NCBI GenBank assembly: GCA_002633005.1
Contig: NMRA01000126.1
Location: 202,979 to 266,978, forward strand
Origin: Phoronis australis
Lineage: Eukaryota > Animalia > Phoronida
Direction: 5' to 3'
DNA length: 64,000 nt
The position numbers and the translations under genes were made by a program. Below the pieces are notes generated by a model, which did not search any database, was not told the origin of the DNA, and was given only the letters and a program-made list of their open reading frames with translations. Shown here piece after piece: positions 23,701-36,240 of the stretch (positions are counted from its first letter, which is position 1; every line of letters starts with the position of its first letter).

Positions 23701-26700
23701 ATACTTAGCATTACATCAACTCGTCAGATGTGACCTGGCAAAATGCGCTTACCAAAACAAGGAAACCCCGTATGCAGGGGTGTGAAATTCCTATCACCAC
23801 GAATGACACATAATTGGCAATAGTTGAGAATGAAATAAACAGAAGATCTGAATCGAAAACCCACTGCAGTTATGGAAATGTTAACACATTTCAAACAAAA
23901 ATGCTCAAGCAGAAATCGAATAAAAAGTTAGGCATATTCCTATCATCTGCTCAGTGACGACCTATTTCCCTTCAAGGCTGATATCTGGTACAGGTTCGGC
24001 TCTTACATTGTCTGTGCACGTGACATGAATGGGCCATTCCGGTTCCTGCCAAATAATTCTGACTCTTGTCTGTTTCCGGTAGTACTTTGAGCTCTTGCTG
24101 AGACAGTTGTGGCGACTTTTTGGCAATTCAATATTTTACCATGTCACCAAACAAAATGTCAGGTCGCATTGGCCAGCTGCAGGTCGCCCTGTCTAGGAAG
24201 CGCATATGAAGACTAATAATTATTGTTTATAAACAGGGTTCTATTTGGCAACCTGTAGGCTGCCAACGCAACCCTGGATTTTGTTTGTCGACCTGGTAAA
24301 AATCTTAAGTCATCACTCAAACATGGAAGCCTTGTTGAAGGTCACATAACAGCGTATGTGCTGTAATTTGAAATAAAATAACACTAACTACAACGAAGCT
24401 TGGTCCTTGGTTGTGATCAGTTTGCAGGTGCTTAGCAATTGTTTAAATGAAGAAAGTGTGTATTATGTAAATGTTGTGGGGAAAGTGCAAAAAAGTAAAA
24501 AAATAGAATTATTTTTCTCTGTAGTTTCACTGCATGGCTTTGCCTTTCAGACTGATGTCATAAAGAATGAGTTTGAACGACTACAAGCCAGATTACCCAT
24601 GGACATCTTGAGTATGAAAAGGTGAAGTTTGACTGGCTGCCTAATCTATCCACCCAACTCATTTGGTCTCCTCATTTTGTGACAAAACATATCAGCAGAC
24701 ATTGTAGGTCATGTTTTACTGGCATGCATTCTAAAGACCATTATCCCATGCATTTGATAAAACCATGCAAGCTTTTATTAGATCACTATGTACTATACAG
24801 CAATCTCTTCATCTTCTCTTGATGTAGGGCTTTGTCTGAGTGTGTATTTACCTTACATGCATTTTCATATTCAGTAGTTATGTTTTGTATGCTTAACATT
24901 CTTATAAAATTTTGCTTCCTTCTTTTCATGCTCAATCAATATTAAATTCTAGGTATGAGCTGCCCCAACCCCCACCTGGTAAAATGACTGACGTGGCTAC
25001 ATGGACAGAGTGTGTTGAGAACTCACAGGCACAGCTGGAACACCAGGCTCTCAGGTGTGTACCCATGGCCTTAATTAGTTGAATAACTGCTTAAACACAG
25101 AATATTTTTATTGGATAAAGTCTGAAGTTTTACAGCTCAGTCTAACACAATCATGGCTCGTAGTCTGGTGGTGCCAACAAGCTCCTGGGGGCTTTAGTTT
25201 GCTCATCCCCTCACCCTACCTGAGTGGATAGGTAGGAAATATTTTTTTTGGTTTGTGTGATGCAAAATGTGCAAGTAATATCAATATTTATTAATATTTT
25301 TAGTGTTGCAACTGAGCTTCGTGTCCCCTTCTCATGGTTGCATGTGTTGTTTTGTCATAAAAACCTTTCTTCTTAGAATTAAGATAATTCTTGATATGTC
25401 TATTGAAATAAAACATTTTGAATGACAGTTTATGGTTGGTTGAAGGATAACAGTTTGACTTTCATTTGCTCCCATTTTCTGCAAATGAATTAAAAAGGCA
25501 GAATGATGAATGTGTTCATTGTTGATCTGAGATCATTATAACTTCATTTTCCAAAACACTTTTTGTTTCATCCCATGGCAGAAGCTGACGCAAATCACAA
25601 ATCTCCATTTGGCTGCTATGATTACAGGATTGCCAACCTGGAGTTGATGTCACAGTATGGTGCTGAAATGTGGAAGCTTCATAATAACGTTTTGCAGAAT
25701 ATGGTGGAGCAGGCTCAAAAACAACTTCAGGATCTCAGGTGAATGAATATTTCAACAGGATTGAGTTAGAAAGAATACTTCCAATGATCTTTTACATTAT
25801 TTGTTGGACTGCACAAACCCATGCCTGTGAGACGTAGGCTGGCTGTGAGCCTTGTTTAGTGGTAGAATAGTTGTAACTTGAAAGTTTGATTCAGGCTATC
25901 ACATTGTTTTGGATTTTTTGTTGTTTTGTGTTGTCTTGGCAGACGTGTTCTTGCCGAGAGGGCTTCTACTGACATTGATTTTTGGATGGATGTGACTACT
26001 GTGGCCCCCCCTAGTAGCAATTTTGTTTCTTGCTTCTCCAGTGTTATTTCATTGCAGCATCTTTATGAAAGTTTGCAAGGCTTTTTCTATGAATTGGACA
26101 ACGAATGATGATATTTTTCTGGTGGATGTGATTGCCACTGCACCTCTTAGTCACAGCTTTATGTTTTATGTTTGCTGTGTCAAAAGAGTTCCTTGACAGA
26201 ATTTCATTAAATTTGGCAACTAGGTTTCTATTAAGATAACTATATCTTTCTATTTTTGGCCGGATCAGACCTACTGTATGACACCTGGAAGTAGCACCGA
26301 TTTTGTTATAATTTTCAAGTCTGTTTATTTGTGTCAGACTCCATATCAGCCTAACTGTTTAAAGGATCTTGAATGAGAAAATTGCTGATTGACAAAAGCG
26401 CAACATTACTGATGATGAGTTTCTGACAGGTCCAACTGCTGTTACACCTCTTAGTGGCAATTTTTTTTTTTAAATCCACAGCTGTTTTCCTCAACCTCTA
26501 GCAGGATCTTCGTGAAATTTGTCAAGTTTATTCCTGTATGAATGTGGCAACAGATGCCAACTTCTTTTGGATATGTATTCATCACCACCTAGTGGCCAAT
26601 TTTATGATAGTAATAAACGCTTGTAGAGAGAACCACAGCAGTTGCAGTGCAGTTGTGGGTGCATTTCACCACTTTGTGTTGCTCTTATATTTTGTATTTA

Positions 26701-27651
26701 TTTCTTGTACTGACAAGAAAATGACACCAATGTTGAAATTGATTTTTCTGTGTTTATTTGATATATTTCACTATTGGCCAACCTCAGCGTCTATATATTT
26801 ACAGATTGAAAAAACACCTTTTTGATTTTAGGAAGCAAATTCAAGATATTAACTGGCAGCGGAAAAATGAACAGACCCGAGCTGGTGAAAAACTAAAGGC
26901 GCTTGAAGACAGGTAGACTAGTATTGTCTTAATTATTATTTAAATGGACATTTCTAATTACTCACCAACTAAATATTATAAACTGTGTCATTTTACCCAA
27001 CAAATCAGTTTTTAAATCTTTCCACTCTATGGCGGAAATAATTTCCAGATCTAACCAGTCCATCCAGGACATTTGCAAGCAAAATGTGCAGCAAAATGCC
27101 ATGTGCTTCTACAGGTTAGGCCAACTTTTCCAAGCTTGAGCTGCTTCATATAAATCACTGTGATAGTAGAAACCAATTGCTATCATTCATGGCAAGGAAT
27201 AGCTGAATGAGCATATCATTTTAAACAATTATACTAGTACTTTACAGAGGTGGCAATACATGGTCTCGTATTGTCTTTCATTCCATCTGTGACATCTACT
27301 GTTGAATATGTTTCTGCTGAAAGATCAAGTGCATTGTAAAATTTTTTTTTCACAGTGAGGCTAAATGTTAGGAAATGTAAAATCAGCATTTCTTGTTCAA
27401 ATACTTCTAACTTGGGTTTCAAAGTCTGTTTTGCTTGGTTTCTTCTCAGGACAAACAGATGCAGAATACAAGTTTTGTTTGACTTTGCAAGGTAAAAAGA
27501 AAATAAATTTTATTACTTTTAGATGTTATTACATAAATAAGTGTCATCTTTGTGTTTGTTTTGCAGTTGGGTCGGGCTTGTGAGTAAAAATTATGAAATA
27601 GAACGAGTCTGCGTGGAGCTGGAGAAAGATGTGGGCATGGTGGACAGATGA
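20629..27651 (+). CDS. BCAS2: Pre-mRNA-splicing factor SPF27 / BCAS2, 7 exons, 205 aa
   Basis: Spliced product [44 protein letters not shown]...[15 protein letters not shown]; all junctions GT-AG and phase-consistent (618 nt). Confidence 0.97.
21054..22061. mobile_element. ~1-kb MITE flanked by TA (Tc1/mariner/pogo-like) in BCAS2 intron 1
   Basis: TA|ggggaatttcgggtaaattcggac ... gtccaagtttccccgaactacccc|TA; internal repeats of ggggaaattcggac. Confidence 0.7.
23050..23142 (+). CDS. BCAS2: BCAS2 exon 2
   Basis: [31 protein letters not shown]. Confidence 0.95.
24551..24621 (+). CDS. BCAS2: BCAS2 exon 3
   Basis: [24 protein letters not shown]. Confidence 0.95.
24953..25054 (+). CDS. BCAS2: BCAS2 exon 4
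   Basis: [34 protein letters not shown]. Confidence 0.95.
25628..25738 (+). CDS. BCAS2: BCAS2 exon 5
   Basis: [37 protein letters not shown]. Confidence 0.95.
25915..26688 (+). mobile_element. Diverged HINE copy E (opposite strand to A-D and F) in BCAS2 intron 5
   Basis: Reverse-complement core monomers (cccccctagtagc, cttagtggcaa, cacctagtggcca) and 3' end tgtgggtgcatttcaccactttgtgttgctctt. Confidence 0.7.
26832..26912 (+). CDS. BCAS2: BCAS2 exon 6
   Basis: [27 protein letters not shown]. Confidence 0.95.
27567..27651 (+). CDS. BCAS2: BCAS2 exon 7 (stop TGA 27649-27651)
   Basis: [27 protein letters not shown]. Confidence 0.95.
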
Positions 27652-28152
27652 GATTGAGAAAGGAGCAGACGTGTCTACAAAGTGTCTTTCAACTTTGTAA
27701 ACAATGTACATCTTGGTGGACTGATGAGAGCCGGTTTGAGACAGATATGAACAGACGAGATGTACCAAGTTTCACAACCTTTAAATTACGAAAAATTCAA
27801 ACCCCTGGTTTCACACGGATTTCCACAGAAAAGAGATTTTCATTGCTTGAGGGTCACAACAAATTGTTTTGGAAAGAGCAAAATTTCAGTGTGAAGTCAT
27901 TCTCCTTTACACAACATTGTTATATTCAGTAACTTGACTCTTGTTTATTTGCAATGGAGGCTTTTATGTCCTAGTTAGTATTATGGTTTGACTGATTTAG
28001 GCTTTTAACATATACTGTGTTTTTGTGCTTAAATATCTGAACATCTCATCTTGTGAAAACTGGTCTACTTGTCATTCTTGTAGTTTGAAAAATGGAAACC
28101 AAGTGTTTGTCATGCTGCAAGAACATTGATTACATTTTTTTATTTTAAACTG

Positions 28153-28158
28153 AATAAA
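28153..28158 (+). terminator. Candidate polyadenylation signal for BCAS2
   Basis: AATAAA about 500 nt after the stop codon. Confidence 0.4.
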
Positions 28159-29303
28159 ATTTGTCTAAGATTGCTGCATTTTCTTTAGATTCAAGTAGAA
28201 GAATCCTAGAAATGTTTCTAGGTCAAAATGAGAACTAGGCCCATCTCTGATCATACGAGCAGTAAAATAAATGTTTCATGGCAGTTAATTGTGTACAGGG
28301 TGGACTAAAAATGTTACCCAAACATATTTCTTGTTTCTACTATATGTCATTTCAAAGGTGTGCACAGAAACATACTTCTTTTTGATATTGACTCAGTATC
28401 TTATTTTATCAAATTGTTAAGACTATGCTACAATTTACGACAGGCACATGACCACTTAGTCACAGTTGCTATGCACATTTGGAAGTTTGTCACAACACGG
28501 TCACATTTATACCCACCAATGGAATCCTTCACATTGCCTCTAGAGCCTCTGTTGTTTATGGTTTGTTTTGTGACAATTCATTTGTGGAGAGATTTAGTTC
28601 CTGGAATGTATTAGATTGCAATTTAAGTGTTTTTTGTCTTAACAGCTCCCCGCGTTTCAAAAAATCAGCTTAATGGATACCCGGATTCTTTAGTTTCTCA
28701 ATTTACACCTAAATGCGTTAGGTGCTTATGCGTTACAGTGACCATGAAGAAACTGAAAAACTGTCAGCTAGTGAAACTGAGTAGCCTGGCACCACAGCCT
28801 TTATGCAATACTGGTTGACTGCCATACAACAACGTGCTACATGTCTCGTAGTAAGCATCAGTAGAGTGTCTTTCATATTTTATTTAATAAACTAGTAAGA
28901 ACGCAACAGCTGTCATAACAAAGGAATGTAACATTAAAGTCATATTACACAGTCTTTGGTGATTGTCTAGTAACAAATTTCAGGTACTTTCATAAAGTAC
29001 CATTTGAATGTTTAAAGCAATACAACTTTAACAAAATAAACGGAATGCTTCAAATAAGATATAAATTCAACTGATTGCTTTAGTGCAGACTACAATGTAC
29101 TGTTTACCACAAGGTGTCCCTGAAATGTATTTGCACAATAACTGTCTATGTGGCATAGTTTGAACAAGATCACAGGTTTAAAAGGATAAATCCTGTTTTG
29201 ATGATTTCAACCAATCCTCATTCTTTCACTTGCTAATGCATCATTGGCATCAATCTTTCAAGTAAAAGGCAGGAATCAATTAAAAATTCAAAATCGCTAT
29301 ATC

Positions 29304-29676
29304 CAGTGTTCGAGCTTCAGCAAATAAGCTGCTGGCCCACCAGGGCAGTCACTGACCTGGCTCCCACGTTGTTGGCCCTGCTTTTAGCATCCTAACTACA
29401 TTTTTCTCAAATCTTTCCATTTTCACTAAATGCGCCTGTGCTTGAGAACACTATATTTGTTTTGCTATTACTCAAGGTGAGAATTTATTGCCAACAAGCT
29501 TCAGAAGTAAAAATGTTGGTGTTCAAGAGGTGAGAGGCAAACACAATTAGTCGATGGACCTTTTTTGAATTAATTGAATACTAGATCACATTCACATAGG
29601 GCCAGGCCTATGTCTGAAAGTTACTGGCCTGGTCGCAAATACATTGGCCATGGGCCACCATGTATTTCAAACGCTA
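29304..29676. mobile_element. hAT-type MITE with 8-bp TSD, inserted into an older repeat
   Basis: Starts cagtgttcga, degenerate end ttcaaacgcta; flanks gctatatc / gctatgtc. Confidence 0.65.
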
Positions 29677-30245
29677 GCTATGTCACAGATTGGGCAATAT
29701 GATCCTTGGTGGGCAGTTGCCGTGTAATTCGCTAAAAGCATGGGTCATACCCATTTAGCAGACTTGGAAAGGAGTTTTCAAATTTTCCTCAAAATTTTTG
29801 AGGATTACCTTGGGTTTCAGGGCATTATGTTGTTTCAGAGAACTGAATGGGAAAATTGTTTTAGTACATGTATGTATGTTGACAGGCCAAAACTGGGTTT
29901 GGTATCCTTTTAAATTCACAGAGGTGATCAAAAATAATTAAAATTTTTAAACAAAAACAAACGCATTGTTTATTGACTAGGAAGAAGATAACTGGTCTTT
30001 CCATTTCCAGTACTGAGTTTCCAGTATCATTGCTTAAAAAATTTTGTTCTCCAAAACCCATCCGTTTTTTTGCCATTCCCATACAAACAGAGAACGCGGT
30101 GACTCGTGCACACTTTCACACCAAGGTGTAGGCTCAGGCACAGAGTCTGATCGAGAAAAACTGAATTTGAACACGCAGAGTTATACTAAATTAAGCGTAC
30201 ATTTGTGGGACACCCTGAACAGTTGAGTGGTTCATAGCCAGTACA

Positions 30246-31343
30246 TCAAACTTGGTGCAAGACAGAGTTCAACTTAAGAGATGATTCTTTTACAGCTATA
30301 CTACCATTCAAATCCTCACTCCTCTCAACTTGATTGCGATTAAATTTTTGTAGATCCTCGCAAGATGTATTCTCTTGAATCTGTACAATGGCATAGGCCA
30401 ATGCACCGCAGATTACTAAAACATTACTACACCACCATAGCAGTGATTTGACCTCTTTGAAATACAAAACAGCAATCAAAGTTTGGACAACTGATTTTGT
30501 ATTATTACTAATGTGGTGAGTGACTGGTGAAGTGTAGTAGACCTGCAGGGCACTGGACCAGGACATTAAAAAGCTGAACACACCCGAGGCAATCAACGTC
30601 AACCAGAACTTGGGCTGGTAAGTCAGATCTAGTGTCACTGTCGCCTGAAGTTCACCAGTCATGAGCAGCATTGGCAGAAATATGATCACGGAATTAAAGT
30701 TATTGTGCAATGTCACCTTAATCGAGTCGTTGTTGAACTTGTCCAAGTTTAGTTTCAGCATAATTCCGCATGCAGCTACGAAGAAACTTGTTAAAATACC
30801 GTAGCACACACCTCTCAAAGACAGTGTTCCAATAAAATGCTCTTGGTCTATGGCAAGTACAAAGCCCACCACAACAACAAGGCAGCACAGAACAGTCGCC
30901 ATGGAAACTTTCTTGTGTAAAATTACAGCTGATAAGATGACTGTGAATATCAAGGTCAATGACCGAGCAAGTTGGAAAAACGAAATCCCAACGTGTTTCA
31001 GACAGAGGTTATTAAATGTCAGCATAAGCACAAAAATAATTGAAAACGCCAACATGGACTTTGTTGTTGTGGTCCTCCAAGAAATCATCAGAGCTTCATT
31101 ATTGCGAGGGTCCCAGAAATGTGTCGTGTGACTAGATAGCATTATGAACAGGACACAAACAATGCATTGAATCCAAGCTACAAACAGTGAGATATCCTGG
31201 GCATCAGAATGATTTCCTACTAAATACTTGTTGAAAAACACCATAGTTATAGATATTATCCAGTAGAGCAAGATAACTCCCACAATCATCACTCTTCGAA
31301 TAATTGCCCTAGCAATAGCAGTAAGTACAGACTTGAGATTCAT
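30246..31343 (-). CDS. SLC35C1: GDP-fucose transporter 1-like (SLC35C1 family) nucleotide-sugar transporter, single coding exon, 365 aa
   Basis: Motifs LYWIISITMVFFNKYL, FNNLCLKHVG, ARSLT and TSPVTH; multiple TM segments; gccATG at 31343 just after an acceptor. Orthology vs paralogy is uncertain. Confidence 0.88.
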   Translation of the reverse strand: MNLKSVLTAIARAIIRRVMIVGVILLYWIISITMVFFNKYLVGNHSDAQDISLFVAWIQCIVCVLFIMLSSHTTHFWDPRNNEALMISWRTTTTKSMLAFSIIFVLMLTFNNLCLKHVGISFFQLARSLTLIFTVILSAVILHKKVSMATVLCCLVVVVGFVLAIDQEHFIGTLSLRGVCYGILTSFFVAACGIMLKLNLDKFNNDSIKVTLHNNFNSVIIFLPMLLMTGELQATVTLDLTYQPKFWLTLIASGVFSFLMSWSSALQVYYTSPVTHHISNNTKSVVQTLIAVLYFKEVKSLLWWCSNVLVICGALAYAIVQIQENTSCEDLQKFNRNQVERSEDLNGSIAVKESSLKLNSVLHQV

Positions 31344-31716
31344 GGCCAATGCTAGTAAGACAAAAATAAGAGTATGAATAAATTCTAAATAAATGATTAG
31401 GTGAAAAAATGCAGTTCTTGATTTTGGATAATCTGAAACTGTATGCAACGTCCAGCTGTTTGTTGCCCACAAAGTGATAAAAACTTCCAAACAAGATGAA
31501 ACTGGCAACAGTTTTCCACCGATGTGGCAGCACACACTAGGGCCGAGTATTTGTAGTCGGCACGCATGGATGCATCTGTAAAGATGAACGACGTCAACGG
31601 TTTTGCCTCAACATTCCTTGATTTGTAAATTAGCCAACTAATTCACACACAGATTGTTTTTGAATGTATTGTGAACCAGAGACTGCTCTCTTTTAGTGGA
31701 GATGTACTGATGTTAC

Positions 31717-31754
31717 CAGGGGTGATGGCTGGCAAGCGCAGATGAGCATCATAG
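31717..31754 (-). other. Putative 38-nt 5'UTR exon of the SLC35C1-like gene
   Basis: cctttttcag acceptor and gtaac donor; downstream acceptor tcttactag at 31352; candidate first-exon donor gtaag at 32979. Confidence 0.45.
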
Positions 31755-32115
31755 CTGAAAAAGGAAATGAATAACTTGAAATTTACCTAACATTGGACAC
31801 TGAATTTGCATGTCTTAAGTGCTGTCCACACACAGACTTGCCCTAGAACGTTTGGAATGAGCTGTCGCTAGGTTTGAGTGCTGTCTGGTCGCTATTTAAA
31901 CTAGCGCAACTTGCCCCACGTGTGACAGCTTATATTATTGAGGTGGGGTAACTTACCACTTGTAGTTGCTGTGGGGTAGGGCGGAAGCAATTATCAGCTG
32001 CGGTCACATACAGATGGGTTTACTTTTGTGCACAATAGCACAATACTCGCATAAGGCGGTCACGCCCAGCAGAGCAACGACTTCCACCTTACCCTTATCC
32101 TAGTTATCGGATGAG

Positions 32116-32130
32116 AGTGTGTGTGTGTGT

Positions 32131-32165
<35 letters not shown>
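32116..32165 (+). repeat. (GT)n microsatellite
   Basis: Directly visible. Confidence 0.95.
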
Positions 32166-32172
<7 letters not shown>

Positions 32173-33085
32173 GTGCAGTGCGTGTGGACGTTTCACTTAA
32201 AACTGGGGTAAGTTGCACTGANTTTCACTTAAGTTAAAACTGGGGTAAGTTGCACTGATGTAAGTTGTTCTGGGGTAGGGTGTGGACAGGATTTTATGCC
32301 TGGCATAATAGCAATTTATCACTGCACTGGTCAGGTATAGCAGTCTCTGATAATGAGAACTAGGCAATCACTGAATAATGGGCCCATTATTTCCGTGGAT
32401 GAAACTGGTTCTCAATATCAGGGACCGCTACATCCGACCAATGCCAATAAGTCACATACTCATAGCTACTCGATATAGTCTTGATGCAAAGCACAGGCAC
32501 CTTTATCAGCCCTCGACGATATATACTACATCGTCGAATGCTGATACAGGTGCCTGTGGCGCAAAGCTGTATACTAAGCCAAGGCTAACATGTAGGCCTA
32601 GTTTATGATTCAATCGATTCGAGTTTCTTCTTCTTTCTTTTCATACAAGCAGAAGGGGTAACTGATGAAAAACACAGGACCTACCAATGGACTTCATTAA
32701 GGCTGGAAGTCACACAGAACAGAACATATCAGCAAACTAATCTGGAGCACTTGTGATTTCGCAAATAGGACGCGTTTTGCGTTCTAGAGTTATCCGCGAC
32801 ACCTGGTGTCAATGCAACAAAACTAATGGGCGTAACTGGACCAGTGTTCGGGGCCCGTACTTGGGGTAACAAGAAAACTCACTTAAGCTAGGACAAACCT
32901 TAAACTAAAGTCAATTTTATAAAACTTCACTTTGTTTTAAGTCCATTCCAAGGAATTGGTCTTTTAAAGTTCAACTTACCGTATGAGAAAGTTTCAAAGG
33001 CCGTTTGGAACTGAGTGTACATGCCAGCTAGCGCCGGCAGCGCCCGGCCGAAAAGGTCGTTCAATATGAGACAAGGTAGTTTTCA

Positions 33086-33200
33086 AACGGACAGGTTATT
33101 TTGTTCAGTTTTGGCAAACACCCAGGTTATTTGGTTGAATTTTGACAAACAGACCGGTTATTTGGTTAAATTTCGTCAAACAGACAGGTTATTTAGCGAC
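33086..33200 (+). repeat. 31-bp minisatellite (~3.5 units, aaacagacaggttatttggtt...) with degenerate units to ~33380
   Basis: Units start at 33086, 33117, 33148 and 33179. Confidence 0.75.
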
Positions 33201-33618
33201 CGAAGAAGTTAGTTCAGTGACGGTGCCGCCAACACTGAGGCAAGTTCTCACTCAGAGTCGCGCCGAACAAACAGGTTACCTACTTGTCGAACGAACATGT
33301 CACTTCTATCAAACAGAAAGGTTAGTCATCGAACGAACATGTTGGTCTAGCCAAACAGACGTAGTAATAGAACAGACAGGACAGAGGTCGCTGTCCCAAC
33401 TCAAGAAGTGAAATTGTTGACGTCACGACTGAAAATTTCACAAAGTTTTTTTTTAGTGGTCTGTTGCAGTGAAGAATTTTCTTAGTCATAGGACTGTTCT
33501 CAGTTTGTCATCGACCATTCTTATATGGAGTCGTGATGCGTTTGCTTGTTGAAACCAAGCTGCTGATTAAAAACAAGTTGTAGAACTGTTTCACGACACG
33601 TCACGGAAAACGTAAACA

Positions 33619-33867
33619 GGGGCCTGTTCCAAGAAACTGACTTAAGTTCATTTTTTACTTAAGTTAAAGATTTGTCTTAAATTCCGAACTTTGAAACTTC
33701 CACATTCTGTTAGTTAGTGAAATTTAAGACAAAACTAACGTCACACTATTAATTCAAATTAAGATCTCTTTCTTGAATTTGTTTTGAGACAAATTTAACT
33801 TTAATTTTAAAATTTACTAAAATTTAGGATTTGTCTTAGCTAAGTCAGTTTTGTTGGAACGGCTCCC
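33619..33867. mobile_element. ~250-bp MITE with GGG termini (Harbinger-like)
   Basis: ggggcctgttccaagaaactgactta vs reverse complement gggagccgttccaacaaaactgactta; related fragment near 32865-32905; no clear TSD. Confidence 0.6.
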
Positions 33868-35534
33868 ATGTCTTCAAAGCTTGGTTCGGCCATGACCCCG
33901 CCAATTAATCGACATTCCATAATTTGAAGTCAAGCAGTTAATATTATGACATGCAAACATGTGTAATCAGGTTTAATTATTACTTTGTGATTACATAGTA
34001 CTGGGTTATCCTCTTCCAAGGCATGAGGAAAGTTGAAATTGATGTGGTCCTGTATTCGGCGTACTATTGCGAATTTAGTTTTGCATCTAAACAACATTCT
34101 TTCTGTTTTAAATTTTGAAAAACACCGTATATGTCACTTTCTTCAATCATGTTTATCAAAATATCGTCGGAAATGAAACACACCTCCGTAGCTTCAGAAT
34201 TATTTTGAGTTATCTATATTTGCTCCCGTTGCAAATAGAACAATGGTTGTAGTACGGTACAACCATTTATCTTCTGCGTCACTAACAGCCTGCATTACTT
34301 ACATGTACTGAGGGTCAGTGTTGTCAAAAATACAACAATTAGGTTCAATGATGTGGCATTATACCCCTAGAGCCATTACGTGTTTTTGTTTCAAATGAAA
34401 TTATCATAATCTAACGAGTCTCATAGTTGTTGACGTTTTGGGACTGAAATATCTGTCAGCATACTGCATGATTAATTGCCAACACTTAACATAGTTTATC
34501 TGTATGAATCTTATCTTTCAAATATGATTTCTTGGCCAGACCACTACCCACAGTTCGAAAACTGCGGGGAAGGGGCCCCGAAATCGGCTGCTGAAAATTT
34601 TTGGTAATTTGCCGCGGACTTTACTGAAACACACCACTATTTAACCAAGCGACACTGTTGAAATTTTACGGCTAATGTTGGTGCTCTTTTGTACTTCAAA
34701 TTCACTTCCGTCTAGACTGGGGAGGTTAAGCCAGCTTCAACTTAAAGGGTAAGTGTGCTTTTTCATTTTTATTACTTGGCGAAAGAATTTTCACCAAGTA
34801 TGTTGCTCTGACGTCAAATTTGTTTCTTTTTTTACTTGGTGAAAAAAATTTGCGACTAGTTTTTAAGATCGTGCAACGCTCAGCAAAATTATAAAAGTAG
34901 TTTACTTTTTTATTCATTCTAATACTTGATGCATTTTCCGTCATTTTTAAATGAGTGTTAAAACGCTCCTGTAGTTTCGCGAGTCTCTGCGGCACGTGTT
35001 GTTTTGAGATCCAGCCTGTAGATTAAAAGTTGTAAATTTAATTCGTTGTTTAGCGAAATTTCACGTATATACTAGGCAAAGACTGGTGATTAGAACGTAA
35101 TTTTCTAAGAGTACAGAGACTTTATTGACATCCAAAATGTACACCAACAAAAAACACTATTCAATACCAAACACCAACATTTAATAATAACAATGTCTCT
35201 TCAAAAATTAAAAATTATGCTTCAATTTTATCATACAGAACATTTAAGCCTCCGGTGTATTAATGAAAAGACAAAATGTATATTCAATATTTTGCAGTGT
35301 AATTTCATTGAGAAAAAAATATGCGTCACTTTCACAAGTTTTACATTTCTCGATTCTTTGAAAACCTAAGGAAACTGTATATTTCTTACTTTCGCTCTGA
35401 ATTTTGATATGAAATGGTGGCACACTGAAAACGGCTGCGTTTTGTTTATCCTCCGCACGGGCTTGCACCAAGGAGCCCAGCTCCACACAGAGGACGCTAC
35501 TTGTGTGCAGTGCAATTTTCTAGTGAAGGAGTGA

Positions 35535-36240
35535 ACTATTTATTCATTTTGTTAGTTATTTATTGTGATATTTAAAATGACAGTGGCCTCTTCAGTGATA
35601 GCACTGCTTTCCAAGAGGGCCTCTGCAACAAAAAACAGTAATATAATACAATGAAGTAATAAAACAATAATTAAATATGCGTAAAAAATACAATTAAAAC
35701 AGGTTGAGAATTAAAACAATAAATAGAAGACGAAAAATGGTGAAAATATAGTAAGAGAGATGAAATATATAAAGTGATGACAGTGAGAGTATTTACGATA
35801 ATGGAAAGAATGACATGATTGAGACAGGTAGGGTAAAAAGGTTAGGTAGCCACTTTTTAATATTACGGTTGAAAATATCAACTGAATCGTACCGTTTAAT
35901 TTCTCGGCTAAGATAATTCCATATTGCAGCAGCACCATAGATAAAAGATCTCTTGCCGGTCTCTGTTTTAATTTTTTTAAAGACACACATTTCCAGCAAC
36001 AGAAGAGAGTGTAGAATATACAGCTCGACTGCTATTGAATTTTCGGCTGAGATATGCTGGAGCCAAACCATTGATACATCTGTTAATACAACAGGCAGAA
36101 AGATATTTATTTCTTTGTTTCACTTTCATAAATCCCAGCTTGGTATACAAGTCATCGACCTTGGTGTCTCGAATTACTTGGACTTTGCTGACAAGTGTGT
36201 CACAATGATGTGGTGTGGCAAAGACGCCGTTGTAATCAGG
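35535..36240 (-). mobile_element. LINE 3' fragment (L2/Crack/CR1-group ORF2 C-terminus plus 3'UTR), frameshifted
   Basis: INGLAPAYLS and KTETGKRSFIYGAAAIWNYLSREIK...FNRNIKKWL; 3' stem-loop at 35582-35625; aataaa-rich tail. Confidence 0.8.

Noticed and set aside
31344-31535. 64-aa N-terminal extension of the 429-aa ORF
   Set aside because: Starts at a non-ATG codon and crosses a polypyrimidine tract and acceptor at 31352; probably intronic.
32191-32258. ~30-bp direct duplication
   Set aside because: Straddles an N, so likely a contig-join artefact.
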